A stretch of DNA of 64,000 bases from an uncultured Desulfarculus sp. (lineage in GTDB: Bacteria > Desulfobacterota > Desulfarculia > Desulfarculales > Desulfarculaceae), in assembly GCA_963665125.2 (NCBI GenBank), contig CAXXUK010000002.1, positions 32,001 through 96,000 of the forward strand, written 5' to 3'. This document shows positions 32,014 to 42,347 of the stretch, piece by piece. The notes beneath the pieces were generated by a model. That model was given only the letters and a program-made list of their open reading frames with translations. It was not told the DNA's origin and made no database searches. The translations under genes and the position numbers were made by a program. Positions within the stretch are counted from its first letter, which is position 1. Each line of letters starts with the position of its first letter.

Positions 32014-33294
32014 GTGCTGGATCTGAAATTCGTTCGTGAAAACCTGGAACTTGTCCAGACCTCCATCGCCAACCGCAACGCCAAGGTGGATATGGACGCC
32101 TATGGCCGATTGGACACCCGCCGCCGGGAGATTTTGCCCGAGCTGGAGGGCCTGCGGGCCAAGCGCAACGAGGTCAGCGGCCAGGTCGCCCAGATGAAAA
32201 AGGCCGGTGAAAACCCCACCGAGCTGTTCGCCGAAATGAAACAGGTGGGCGGCCGGATCAAGGAGCTGGAAACGGCCCTGTCCGATGTCGAGGCCGAGCT
32301 TTCGGCCCTGACCATGACCATCCCCAACATCCCCCACGAATCGGTGCCCGTGGGCGCCAGCGAAGACGACAACCCGGTGGTCTTCACCTGGGGCGATCCG
32401 CCGAGGTTCGACTTCGAGCCCCTGAACCATTGGGACATCGGCACGGGCCTGGACATCATCGACTTTGAACGGGCCGCCCGGATGACCGGCGCCCGCTTCG
32501 CCGTCTTGAAGGGCGCGGGAGCCAGGCTGGAGCGGGCCCTGACCAGCTTCATGCTCGACATCCACACCACCGAGCACGGCTATAAGGAAATTCTGCCGCC
32601 GTTCATGGTCAACACCCAGGCCATGACCGGCACGGGCCAGCTGCCCAAATTCGCCGAGGACCTGTTCAAGGTGGAGGGCACCGACTATTGGCTGATCCCC
32701 ACCGCCGAGGTGCCGGTGACCAACCTGCACATGGACGAGATCCTCGACGGCGAGAAGCTGCCCCTGTTCTACACGGCCTACACCCCGTGCTTCCGGGCCG
32801 AGGCCGGCAGCCACGGCAAGGACGTGCGCGGGCTGATCCGCCAGCACCAGTTCGACAAGGTGGAGCTGGTGCGCATCGTGCGCCCCGAAGACAGCTTCGA
32901 ACACCTGGAGCAACTCACGGCCAACGCCGAGGTTATACTCCAGCGCCTGGGCCTGCCCTACCGCAAGATCGTGCTTTGCACCGGCGATCTGGGCTTTTCG
33001 GCGGCCAAGACCTATGACTTGGAGGTCTGGGTGCCGGGTCAGGACCGCTACCGCGAGATCAGCTCCTGCTCCAACTTTGAATCGTTCCAGGCCCGCCGGG
33101 CCGGCATCCGCTTCAAGGACAAAGGCCAGAAGGGAACCACCCTGGCCCACACCCTCAATGGTTCGGGTCTGGCCGTGGGCCGTACCCTGGTGGCCATCCT
33201 GGAGAACTACCAGCAGGCCGACGGCTCGGTGAAAATCCCCGAGGCCCTTATGCCCTATATGGGCGGGCTTAGCGTCATCGAGCGGGCGGAGTAG
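32014..33294 (+). CDS. serS: serine--tRNA ligase
   Basis: [42 protein letters not shown] start behind AAGGAG. Confidence 0.98.
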   Translation: MLDLKFVRENLELVQTSIANRNAKVDMDAYGRLDTRRREILPELEGLRAKRNEVSGQVAQMKKAGENPTELFAEMKQVGGRIKELETALSDVEAELSALTMTIPNIPHESVPVGASEDDNPVVFTWGDPPRFDFEPLNHWDIGTGLDIIDFERAARMTGARFAVLKGAGARLERALTSFMLDIHTTEHGYKEILPPFMVNTQAMTGTGQLPKFAEDLFKVEGTDYWLIPTAEVPVTNLHMDEILDGEKLPLFYTAYTPCFRAEAGSHGKDVRGLIRQHQFDKVELVRIVRPEDSFEHLEQLTANAEVILQRLGLPYRKIVLCTGDLGFSAAKTYDLEVWVPGQDRYREISSCSNFESFQARRAGIRFKDKGQKGTTLAHTLNGSGLAVGRTLVAILENYQQADGSVKIPEALMPYMGGLSVIERAE

Positions 33295-33297
33295 ATC

Positions 33298-34533
33298 TTG
33301 AAAGGCTCACTGGCCAAGGCTCTGCTGGCCATCGCCGCCATATTGGCCCTGCTGATCCTGTTGCCCGCCCCCCACACGTCGGCCAACCGCTTTTCGGCCA
33401 AGATGCCCGCGTGCGCCCTGGAAAAGTGCCAGATGCCGCCGCTTTTGGACGGCAACCTTGGCGAACTGGTCCATCAGGGCAAGGCCCTGGTGGAGCATCC
33501 GGCCCTGGGCAAGGTCTACGTGCGTTCCACTGTTGACGCCGGACTGCAAAAAAAGGCCGAAGACCTGCTCAAGGGCCAGCGCAGCCTGCGGGCGGCGGTT
33601 GCCTTGGTCGACGCCCACAGCGGCCGGGTGCTGGTTTTGGCCGGGGCCAAGGGACAGCGTCTGGACCCGTACCAGGCCCTGGACTCCACCGCGCCGGCGG
33701 CATCGCTGTTCAAGCTGGTTACCGCCGCCGCAGCCCTGGAGGAGACGCCCCTGCATCCCGAAAGCCAGATGCGCTACTGCGGCCGCTACACCACGCTGTA
33801 CCGCTATCAACTCAAGGAAAAGCTGCGCCGCTGGGTGACCCAGGTCAGCCTGGCACGCAGTTTTGCCCAAAGCAACAACCCTGTGTTCGGCCGCATCGGG
33901 GCTTTGCGCCTGGGCGAAGACCTGCTCACCCGCTATGCCCTGCAACTGGGCTTTGAGCAGGAACTGAGCTTCGAGTTGCCCCTGGGCCAGAGCGAACTTT
34001 TGCACCCCGAAGACAAGTACGCCCTGGCCGAGATGGCCTCGGGCTTCAATCGCACGACGTCCCTGAGTCCCCTGCATGCGGCGTTATTGGTGGGCGCCTT
34101 TGTCAATGGCGGCCGCCTGGCCCAGCCCTATCTGGTGGAGCAGGCCCATGACCAGGACGGCAAGGTCGTCTATGTCGGCCGGCCCCACCTGGGCCCGCCG
34201 GTGGTCAGCCCCAAGACCTGCCAGCACATGCGCCAGCTGTTGCAGGCCACCATCACCTGCGGCACGGCCCGCAAGGCCTTTCGCAACCACAACAGGGACC
34301 GGGTGCTAAAACACCTGGAACTGGGCGGCAAGACCGGCACCATCCGGGGCCAGAACCGCAGCGAGCTGTATCAGTGGTTTGCCGGTTACGGCCGGGACCC
34401 CCTGACCGGCCGCACCTACGCCGTGGCCGCCCTGGCCGTGCACGGCAAGGTCCGCTACACCAATCCCCGCGCCTTGGCCGCCTCGATGATCAAGGCGGCC
34501 TTCAGCCAGCCGCACATAGCCGCCGCCCATTAG
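33298..34533 (+). CDS. penicillin-binding transpeptidase-domain protein
   Basis: SxxK (SLFK), SxN (SNN), KTG motifs; N-terminal anchor. Confidence 0.88.
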   Translation: MKGSLAKALLAIAAILALLILLPAPHTSANRFSAKMPACALEKCQMPPLLDGNLGELVHQGKALVEHPALGKVYVRSTVDAGLQKKAEDLLKGQRSLRAAVALVDAHSGRVLVLAGAKGQRLDPYQALDSTAPAASLFKLVTAAAALEETPLHPESQMRYCGRYTTLYRYQLKEKLRRWVTQVSLARSFAQSNNPVFGRIGALRLGEDLLTRYALQLGFEQELSFELPLGQSELLHPEDKYALAEMASGFNRTTSLSPLHAALLVGAFVNGGRLAQPYLVEQAHDQDGKVVYVGRPHLGPPVVSPKTCQHMRQLLQATITCGTARKAFRNHNRDRVLKHLELGGKTGTIRGQNRSELYQWFAGYGRDPLTGRTYAVAALAVHGKVRYTNPRALAASMIKAAFSQPHIAAAH

Positions 34534-34540
34534 TATTTCA

Positions 34541-34637
34541 TGAAATTATTTTAGTTAGTTTTTAATAGGGTCTAATAGTTGGTCAAGCGGTTGGACGGCG
34601 TGTCAATTAATAGGGCAAATCAACTAAAATAATTTCA
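34541..34637. repeat. 97-bp AT-rich element with perfect 16-bp terminal inverted repeats (MITE-like)
   Basis: TGAAATTATTTTAGTT at 34541-34556 and its reverse complement at 34622-34637. Confidence 0.6.
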
Positions 34638-34757
34638 CCCTTCGGGCGGCCCCCATGGGCTCATTTGCTTCGTTATCAAGGCCTTGCGGCACAAATTGTA
34701 CGGCAGCGGCCTTGAAGCCTCTCAACTGAGCCCACGGAGCCCGTGAAATACACTTTT

Positions 34758-34818
34758 GCTTTGGCCGCCAGCCTTTTTGCGCCGTCGGTGGCCACGGCGA
34801 AGACCTCGCTTTCGCCGG
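34758..34818 (-). pseudogene. 61-bp diverged duplicate of the 3' part of the PaaI thioesterase gene
   Basis: 51/61 identical to 36113-36173 by manual alignment; GESEVFAVATDGAKRLAAK versus GESEIFAVAADGAEKLVAK. Confidence 0.75.
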
Positions 34819-34822
34819 TCGG

Positions 34823-35806
34823 TTACTTGATGGCGATGGGCTGTCCGATACCTTGCACCGTGCCCCGAATCTTGGGGTGGGTGAAGTTGAAAAAGAAGGC
34901 GTATTTGCCGTCCTTTTTGCAGGCCTCGGCCAACTCGGCCAGCCTTAGGTTCTGGAACTGATAGATGCCGTTGCCCAACAGGATCACGTGGCACGGGACA
35001 AAGCCCGCGCCATAGATGTCTTTGGGGAAGCCCTGGTGCGGGAACACCTCTGTGTTCCATTGGTCCGTGCCCACGCCGACAACGCCTTTGTCCACCAGAT
35101 ACCAGGCGATGTCCTCGCCGATACCGGGGTTGCTGGCTGCGAACTTTTTATCGTTGGCGCCCAACAAGCGCATCCAGCCGGTGTTGATCAACACGGCGTC
35201 GCCGGGTTGAATTTGCAGGTCATGCTTGGCCAGACAGGCCTTGAAGTCCTCGAGGCTGATTTCCTCGGAGTCACCCAGGTTGCGTCCCAGAAAATCCACC
35301 AAGTCCACCAGTATGGCCCTGGTTACCAACGGAGGCACGGTTTCCATGCCGAACTTCTTGGCGCCCGAGGGGTCCACAATGTCCTTTTGCGGAGTGGCGT
35401 TGTAAAAGACGTGGTCGTGGCCCACGTGGGCGAAGCCGTCCAGCTGGGTGGACAGGCCGGTGGACATGGAAACGAACTCCTCCATGTCTGTGGCTTTGTC
35501 ATAGCCGCGAGGAGGATCCACCGTCAGGCCGTGGACCAAAAGCCAGACAAAAACATCGCGGGGAGGATAGGCGGGAAAGCCTTTGTAATATTCGTTGCCC
35601 AGATCGAAAACCCTGCCCTCTTTCACAAGATTTGCCGCTTCCAAAACCTTTTGGGGGGTCAGGTGGTTGGCGTTGCCGATCTGGTCGTCGGGGCCCCATT
35701 TGGAAGGCTTGGGCATGAATTTGTTTTCGGCCCCGGCCTGCGCGGCCATGGCCAAAAAAACGATGCTAGCAAACACCAAGATCATCACCCCAAGTCCGCG
35801 TCTCAC
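34823..35806 (-). CDS. exported cyclase family (kynurenine formamidase-like) protein
   Basis: Signal peptide; WGPDDQIGNAN, STQLDGFAH, GDAVLINTGW, VGTD. Confidence 0.88.
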   Translation of the reverse strand: MRRGLGVMILVFASIVFLAMAAQAGAENKFMPKPSKWGPDDQIGNANHLTPQKVLEAANLVKEGRVFDLGNEYYKGFPAYPPRDVFVWLLVHGLTVDPPRGYDKATDMEEFVSMSTGLSTQLDGFAHVGHDHVFYNATPQKDIVDPSGAKKFGMETVPPLVTRAILVDLVDFLGRNLGDSEEISLEDFKACLAKHDLQIQPGDAVLINTGWMRLLGANDKKFAASNPGIGEDIAWYLVDKGVVGVGTDQWNTEVFPHQGFPKDIYGAGFVPCHVILLGNGIYQFQNLRLAELAEACKKDGKYAFFFNFTHPKIRGTVQGIGQPIAIK

Positions 35807-36066
35807 GATAAGCCCTCCCGATTTTTCGAGGAAAACAACTATATGATCGAGCGATGGAAATCAGGCCCCAAACACCACTTTGAGGTTTCGCCGTGAAAAG
35901 ACAACGCGAACCATCATGTTGGCGTTTTGATTGGCGCATCATATCAGCATGTTAACAGGTCTTAAACTGCTTTCCTGTCCATGCCGCTGCATTATTAAGG
36001 TCATAGGCTTGTGGATTGGCCGAATCGTATCGGCAGGGCCCGCGCGGTTGCGCCCGGTGGGCTGGT

Positions 36067-36501
36067 TTATCTGGCAATCTGTTCGGCCGGTACGCTGATC
36101 ATGGTGACCATGGCCTTGGCCACCAGCTTTTCCGCACCGTCGGCGGCCACGGCGAAGATTTCACTTTCGCCGGGCAGGATCGTGCGGCCGGGGCTGAGGA
36201 TTCTGGAGCGGCAGACCAGGGCCACCCCCGCGGCGGGTTTCATGAAATTGATCTTGAATTCAATGGTCAGGATACGCCGGTCGGGCGGCTGGAGGGTGAA
36301 TGCGGCGTATCCGGCGGTGTGGTCGGCCATGGTGGCGCAGACCCCGGCATGGGCGATGCCGTCCTGCTGCATGTGGCGGGGCTCCAACTCCAGCCGGGAT
36401 TCGAACACCCCGTCACCGGCCTTGAGGGGAAGGTAGCCCACGAATTCGGTGAACCCCTGGATAAAGTCCCGCATCAGATAATCGGCCCGCGCCTTGTCCA
36501 T
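36067..36501 (-). CDS. PaaI family thioesterase
   Basis: QQDGIAHAGVCATMADHTAG and TIEFKINF. Confidence 0.9.
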   Translation of the reverse strand: MDKARADYLMRDFIQGFTEFVGYLPLKAGDGVFESRLELEPRHMQQDGIAHAGVCATMADHTAGYAAFTLQPPDRRILTIEFKINFMKPAAGVALVCRSRILSPGRTILPGESEIFAVAADGAEKLVAKAMVTMISVPAEQIAR

Positions 36502-36658
36502 CAGCGGCCTCCTTGCAACTGGTCATCGGCAGTGGTTTCTCCTAGGGCATAATCCGGGTTTTTTACAGTCAGGTCAAGTTGATGAGGACTCCGGCCCATA
36601 GGTGGCCCATCTTGACTTTTTTCCCAAACGGGAGTTATAGTCCACCAAACATCTTTCA

Positions 36659-38488
36659 ATGAATGGTCCTCATCCTTGGGGGGATGCAGTGGTCAAGCAG
36701 GCTTCTTCCGGCAATTCTATCAGAAGTTTGTTGTGCCGTTGCGGCGCTGGCGCGCTGTTGTGTTCGGCGGCTGTCCACAGTCAGCTCTTATGGGCGGCTG
36801 ACAACCACGATTACGATGACCTTGCGCTGCGGCTGGCCCTAGCCGTTTCGATGGGGCTGCTTTTGGCCGCGGTTTTCCAATGGTTTCTGTATAAAATAAT
36901 CCAACGCCGCAACGCCGCCCCCGACAGCACCGTGGACCAAATCTGCCTGGCCTTGTGGCCCGGAATGTTGATCCTCTTTCAAGGTGTCCACCCCGCCCTT
37001 GCCTGGATCGGCCTGGCCCTGAGTCTGCTGTTGCTGACACGGCTATTGCTGCAAAGGCGCCTTGATCTTTCCTGGCCGAAGATTTTTAAAAAATTTGCGC
37101 TGTTCATGCTGCTGGTGTTTATCGGAGTGGTCCTGGCGGCCGTGGTGGGTGAAATTTTTCTGCGCGAGGCCATTTTATTGGGGCCGGATTTCGACTTTTC
37201 ACCCAATGGCGAGCGGACCCATAAAACCATTCCCCTGGCCGGGGCTGCCGCCGGCATGCGCTATCATTTCTGGCGAACGCCCCACCAACCCGATGCCATC
37301 CGTATTTTATTGCTGGGCGACTCCATCACCTATGGCGCGGGCATCAGGGACGCCAACATGATCTACGTCAACCAGTTGGAAAACATCCTCAAAGACAGCG
37401 GCGGGAAATATGAGTTGAGCGTTGTCAGCCAATGCGGACGGGAGGTCGACGATCATCTCAGGCAGCTTCGCCGCTACGGACCGGACTATAAGCCCGATAT
37501 CATCGTTTACCAGTGGTATTGCAACGATATAACCATCGGCAAGCACGGCATGCCCTGGCCCGAGAAAATCTGGATGGAGGATATGCCGGGCCACGAGTGG
37601 CTGATGGAACATTCATATCTGTGGTATTTCCTGGTTAAAAAGTTTCGTTCCGTGGGCCACCGTTCCTTTGTGGATTATCTGCTCAACGACTATCCGCCGG
37701 GGTCGGACAACTGGACCAGATTCAGCTTGTGTTTCAGGGAATTCCTGGGCGAGGCGACCAGCCTGGCCAAGCGTGTGATAGTGGTCATGTATCCGGCCAT
37801 GCCTTATGGCGGGGTCAGCAAACAGGACTACAGCCTGCTGCCCCTGGAAAACAGGGTCAAGCATGAGGTGGATTCCGGGTTTGTCGAGATCCCGGCGAAA
37901 TACCTTCCAAGGATGGTGGGGGCGGAAATCAAGGACACCGGTTCCGCTACCGGCGTGGCGCGTTTCGCCGCCAAGGGGCCGCAGAATAGGGGCTTTCTGC
38001 TCTTCGGGCCGTACGTGCCTCTGAGCAAAGGCAAGTTCAAGGTTGTTTTCCGGCTCAAGACCGCCGGCGCCGCCAAAGACGCCGTGGCCCGCATCGAGGT
38101 GGTGGCCGACAAGGGCAAGGCCGTGCTGGCCGCCAGGGATCTCCACGGCGGCGATTTCAAGACGGCCAACCGCTATCAGGAGTTTGAACTGGATTTCAAG
38201 ACCGCCGACGACAGATACGAAGACGCCGAATTCCGCCTGCTCAATTACGGCAATGCCGATATTTGGGTCGACAACCTGCGTTTCTATTGGCCCCTGGAGA
38301 GCCGGGTGGAGTTCGTTGACCTCATAGACGACCTGCAGGGCCTGAGGACCTGGGTGACCCCTTATGACGGCCATCCCAGCGAAAGGGCCCACGGCATAGT
38401 CGCCAAAACCCTGGCCAAGGTTATCACCCAAAAGGAATTGCCCGCACCGGGCGCGACCCAACATACCAAAGCCGCGGCGGTCCACTGA
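36659..38488 (+). CDS. membrane-anchored SGNH/GDSL hydrolase with an inserted beta-sandwich domain
   Basis: N-terminal TMs, LGDSITYG block I, ND block III, DGHPS block V; LFGPYVPL-containing insert. Confidence 0.8.
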   Translation: MNGPHPWGDAVVKQASSGNSIRSLLCRCGAGALLCSAAVHSQLLWAADNHDYDDLALRLALAVSMGLLLAAVFQWFLYKIIQRRNAAPDSTVDQICLALWPGMLILFQGVHPALAWIGLALSLLLLTRLLLQRRLDLSWPKIFKKFALFMLLVFIGVVLAAVVGEIFLREAILLGPDFDFSPNGERTHKTIPLAGAAAGMRYHFWRTPHQPDAIRILLLGDSITYGAGIRDANMIYVNQLENILKDSGGKYELSVVSQCGREVDDHLRQLRRYGPDYKPDIIVYQWYCNDITIGKHGMPWPEKIWMEDMPGHEWLMEHSYLWYFLVKKFRSVGHRSFVDYLLNDYPPGSDNWTRFSLCFREFLGEATSLAKRVIVVMYPAMPYGGVSKQDYSLLPLENRVKHEVDSGFVEIPAKYLPRMVGAEIKDTGSATGVARFAAKGPQNRGFLLFGPYVPLSKGKFKVVFRLKTAGAAKDAVARIEVVADKGKAVLAARDLHGGDFKTANRYQEFELDFKTADDRYEDAEFRLLNYGNADIWVDNLRFYWPLESRVEFVDLIDDLQGLRTWVTPYDGHPSERAHGIVAKTLAKVITQKELPAPGATQHTKAAAVH

Positions 38489-38726
38489 AAAAACACGAGA
38501 AAAGCAAACGCCGGCAAAGGATTGGGAAGCCGAACCGCCGAAATTTCCGCCGGCCATGACCCACTGCGGGCATGGGTCTGGCGGTGTGGTTCGTCCGCCT
38601 CTTGCCAAAGGCGACGCTCCAGCGTAACATAGCCTTGATTCTAGCGATTCGCCATTGCGCCCATACCAATGTATCAGGGTGCACGGGGTTTGACTTCCCC
38701 TGTGTCGGTCTTGATCGGGAGAAGAC

Positions 38727-40985
38727 TTGAGCGCCGCGGAAAACGAACAGAGAAGAAAGGAACTGGCCCGGCGAAAGCGTGAGCGCATCATCATGGTGGT
38801 GCTGCTGCTGCTGGTTGCCGGTCTGACTTTTCTCGAAACCCAGGTGGTGACGATATCCACGCCGTTGCCCATGGGTTCGTCGGTGCTGATCTTCGCCCTG
38901 ATCAATATCAACGCTCTGCTGCTGCTGCTGGTAATATTTTTATTTTTCCGCAACCTGGTCAAGCTGATGATGGAGCGGCGGCGGGGCGTCCTGGGCGCCC
39001 GGCTGCGCACCAAACTTGTGGTGGCCTTTGTCATTTTGTCCCTGGCTCCAACGGCGGTGTTGTTTTTCGCGGCATTCCAGTTCGTGGGCACATCCATGGA
39101 ATACTGGTTCAGCGCCCAGGTTGAGCAGTCGCTTTTCGAGGCCATGGAGGTCACCGAGGGCTACAACCAGCAGCTGGCCAGCAACGCCACCCACTTTGCC
39201 GAGATCATCTCCCGCGAACTGCCACGGACCAAGGCCAGCATGAGCAAGCCTTCCCAGCAACTGGCCGATTTGCTCGAGGAGCGGCGCGATCTTTACGGTC
39301 TGGCCGCGGTGAGGGCCTTTTCGCCGGAGTTGGAGGAATTGGCCTATGCCACCCAGAGCGGCACCCATATCAGCCACGTACAGGCCTTTCCCCTGGATCT
39401 GGTCAAGCGGGCCATGGAGGAAAAAAGGGGCCTGATCCACTTGCAGTCAGCGCCAACCGGCGACTTCGCCGCCGCCGTGGAGCCCATTAAACGGGGCGGC
39501 AAGGTGACCGGTGCGGTGGCCGTGTTCCGCCTGTTGCCTCCGGGGGCTTTGGCCCGCACCAAGGAGGTGCGCAAGGGCCTGGAGGACTACCGCCAGCTCA
39601 AGGCCGTCAAGAACCCCATCCGCACCAATCTGTACATTACCCTGTCCATCGTCACCCTGTTGATCATCTTTGCCGCCACCTGGTTCGGTTTCCAACTGGC
39701 CAACACCATTACCGTGCCCCTGGGCAAGATCGCCAAGGGCACCCAGCGCGTGGCCGAGGGCGATTACGACTTTTTCGTGGACGCCGAAGGGCCCGACGAG
39801 ATCGGCACGCTGGTCAACGCCTTCAACCGGATGACGGCTGACCTGAAGACATCCAAGGCCAGGCTGGACGAAGCCCAGGAGGAAATGCGCCGCACCAACC
39901 GCGAGCTTGACCGGCGCAGGCGCTACATGGAGATCGTGTTGCGCAGCGTTGCCGCCGGTGTTATCGCCATGGACGCCGGCGGCGTGATCACCACCTTCAA
40001 CCAGTCGGCCGAGCGCCTGTTGAATGTCCAGGCCGACGGCGTGTTGGGCTCCAACTGGCGCGATATCATGGGCGGGCAGGTCCGTGAGCTGATGGACCGC
40101 CTGATGCAGGGGCTGTTGCCCGGCGCGCGCTCAGCGGTGGACCAGCAGGTGCGTCTGGATACGCCCGGCGGCCCCACCACCCTGATGGTCCACATGGGCC
40201 AGCTCAAGGGCGACGCGGGCCAGGACCTGGGCGTTGTGGTGGTCTTCGAGGACCTAACCGAACTGGAAAAGGCCCAGCGCATGGCCGCCTGGCGCGAGGT
40301 GGCCCGGCGCATCGCCCATGAGGTGAAAAACCCCCTGACGCCCATCAAGCTTTCGGCCCAGCGCCTGGTGCGCCGCTACCAGGGCCGCATCGGCGACGAC
40401 GACGAGGTCTTCGATCAGTGCACCCACACCATCATCCACCAGGTGGAGGAACTGCGGCGGCTGGTCAACGAATTCAGCACCTTTGCCCGTCTGCCCTCGG
40501 CCAAGCCCGCCCCTGCCGATTTAAAGCGGCTGGTGGAAGACGCTTTGGCCCTGTTCCGCACGGGCAGGGCGGACATCAATTTCGAGCTGGAATGCGAAGG
40601 CGAGATACCGGTGTTCGATCTGGACAAGGAGCAGATTTCCCGGGCCCTGATCAACCTGTTGGACAACGCCGTGGCGGCCATGGAGGGCGTCGATGGCCCC
40701 GGTCAGGTGGTGGTGCGCCTTAGCTATGACGAGATCCTCAAATACGTGCGCCTGGAGGTTGAGGACACCGGCAAGGGCGTATCGGCCCAGGACAAGATCC
40801 ATCTGTTCGAACCGTATTTTTCCACCAAAAAAGGCGGCACCGGCCTGGGTCTGAGCATTGTCAGCACCATCACCGCGGACCACGGCGGGTATATCCGGGT
40901 CCAGGACAATCAGCCCCAGGGTACGCGGATGATCATTGAATTACCGGTTCGCGGCATGCGGCCGGCCAGGCCGGAGGCCGTATGA
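38727..40985 (+). CDS. ntrY: NtrY-like HAMP-PAS sensor histidine kinase
   Basis: N-terminal TMs, HAMP, PAS, AWREVARRIAHEVKNPLTPIKLSAQRL. Confidence 0.9.
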   Translation: MSAAENEQRRKELARRKRERIIMVVLLLLVAGLTFLETQVVTISTPLPMGSSVLIFALININALLLLLVIFLFFRNLVKLMMERRRGVLGARLRTKLVVAFVILSLAPTAVLFFAAFQFVGTSMEYWFSAQVEQSLFEAMEVTEGYNQQLASNATHFAEIISRELPRTKASMSKPSQQLADLLEERRDLYGLAAVRAFSPELEELAYATQSGTHISHVQAFPLDLVKRAMEEKRGLIHLQSAPTGDFAAAVEPIKRGGKVTGAVAVFRLLPPGALARTKEVRKGLEDYRQLKAVKNPIRTNLYITLSIVTLLIIFAATWFGFQLANTITVPLGKIAKGTQRVAEGDYDFFVDAEGPDEIGTLVNAFNRMTADLKTSKARLDEAQEEMRRTNRELDRRRRYMEIVLRSVAAGVIAMDAGGVITTFNQSAERLLNVQADGVLGSNWRDIMGGQVRELMDRLMQGLLPGARSAVDQQVRLDTPGGPTTLMVHMGQLKGDAGQDLGVVVVFEDLTELEKAQRMAAWREVARRIAHEVKNPLTPIKLSAQRLVRRYQGRIGDDDEVFDQCTHTIIHQVEELRRLVNEFSTFARLPSAKPAPADLKRLVEDALALFRTGRADINFELECEGEIPVFDLDKEQISRALINLLDNAVAAMEGVDGPGQVVVRLSYDEILKYVRLEVEDTGKGVSAQDKIHLFEPYFSTKKGGTGLGLSIVSTITADHGGYIRVQDNQPQGTRMIIELPVRGMRPARPEAV

Positions 40986-42340
40986 GTTCCCATGTGCTCA
41001 TAGTCGATGACGAGATAGCCATTTGCCAGTCCCTGGAGGGCATTCTGGGCGACGAGGGCTATCAGACCAGCAGCGTAAACACCGGGGAGGCGGCTCTGGC
41101 CAGCGTGGCCGAGGACGCCCCCGACCTGATCTTTTTGGATATCTGGATGCCGGGAATTGACGGCCTGGACGTATTGGCACGGATCAAACAGACCCACCCC
41201 GCTTTGCCCGTGGTGATGATCAGCGGCCACGCCACCATCGAGACGGCGGTCAAGGCAACCAGGCTGGGGGCCTTTGACTTCATCGAAAAGCCCCTTGACA
41301 TGGACAAACTGATCCTGGCCGCCCGCAACGCCATCCAGTTCGCCCGCATGGCCGCCGAGAACCAGCTTTTGCGGGAGAGGACGGGCTCGGCCACCATCAC
41401 CGGCGACAGCCCGGCCATCACCAGGGTCAAACAGTCCATCGAAAAGGTGGCCCCCACCGACAGCTGGGTGCTCATCACCGGCGAAAACGGCACGGGCAAG
41501 GAGCTGGTGGCCCACGCCATCCACCGCCAGAGCCAGCGCGGCGCACAGGCCATGGTGGACGTCAACTGCGCGGCCATCCCGGAAGAGCTCATTGAAAGCG
41601 AGCTGTTCGGCCACGAAAAGGGGGCCTTCACCGGGGCCGTGGCGGCCAAGCGGGGCAAGTTCGACCTGGCCCACCGGGGCACCCTGTTTTTGGACGAGAT
41701 CGGCGACATGAGCCTCAAGACCCAGGCCAAGATCCTGCGCATCCTCCAGGAACAGCGCTTCGAGCGCGTCGGCGGCACCCGGACCTTCGAGGTGGATGTG
41801 CGGGTTCTGGCCGCCACCAACAAGGACTTGCAGGCCGAGATCGCCGCGGGCAGTTTCCGGGAAGACCTCTATTACCGCCTCAACGTCATCCCCATCCATG
41901 TGCCGCCCCTGCGGGAGCGAGTAGAAGACATCCCGGCCCTGGCCGAGGTGTTTCTGCGCGAGGCGGCCATCCGCAACCACACCGAGCCCAAGACCATCAG
42001 CCCCGAAGCCCTGGAAATGCTGACGGGGCTGCCCTGGCCCGGCAATGTCCGGGAGCTGAAAAACCTGGTGGAGCGCATGGTGATCCTCAGCGCCGGGGAC
42101 GTCATCGGCCCGGCCGACCTGCCCCGGCCGGCCGGCGCGGTGGCCGCCAACGGCGGCGGCATTCCCGCCGAACTGATGGACGCCGACTACAAGGACGCCC
42201 GGGCGGCATTTGAAAAATATTACCTGGAGCGCAAGCTCAAGCAGTTCGAGGGCAACATCTCGGCAACCGCCGAGGCCGTTGGCCTGGAGCGCTCGCATCT
42301 GCACAAAAAGCTCAAGGCCCTGGGCATTGAAAGAGATTAA
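40982..42340 (+). CDS. ntrX: NtrX-like sigma54 response regulator
   Basis: LDIWMPG, ISGHATIETAV, GAFTGA, GLERSHLHKKL; ATGA overlap with the ntrY-like gene. Confidence 0.88.
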   Translation: MSSHVLIVDDEIAICQSLEGILGDEGYQTSSVNTGEAALASVAEDAPDLIFLDIWMPGIDGLDVLARIKQTHPALPVVMISGHATIETAVKATRLGAFDFIEKPLDMDKLILAARNAIQFARMAAENQLLRERTGSATITGDSPAITRVKQSIEKVAPTDSWVLITGENGTGKELVAHAIHRQSQRGAQAMVDVNCAAIPEELIESELFGHEKGAFTGAVAAKRGKFDLAHRGTLFLDEIGDMSLKTQAKILRILQEQRFERVGGTRTFEVDVRVLAATNKDLQAEIAAGSFREDLYYRLNVIPIHVPPLRERVEDIPALAEVFLREAAIRNHTEPKTISPEALEMLTGLPWPGNVRELKNLVERMVILSAGDVIGPADLPRPAGAVAANGGGIPAELMDADYKDARAAFEKYYLERKLKQFEGNISATAEAVGLERSHLHKKLKALGIERD

Positions 42341-42347
42341 CGGAGGC

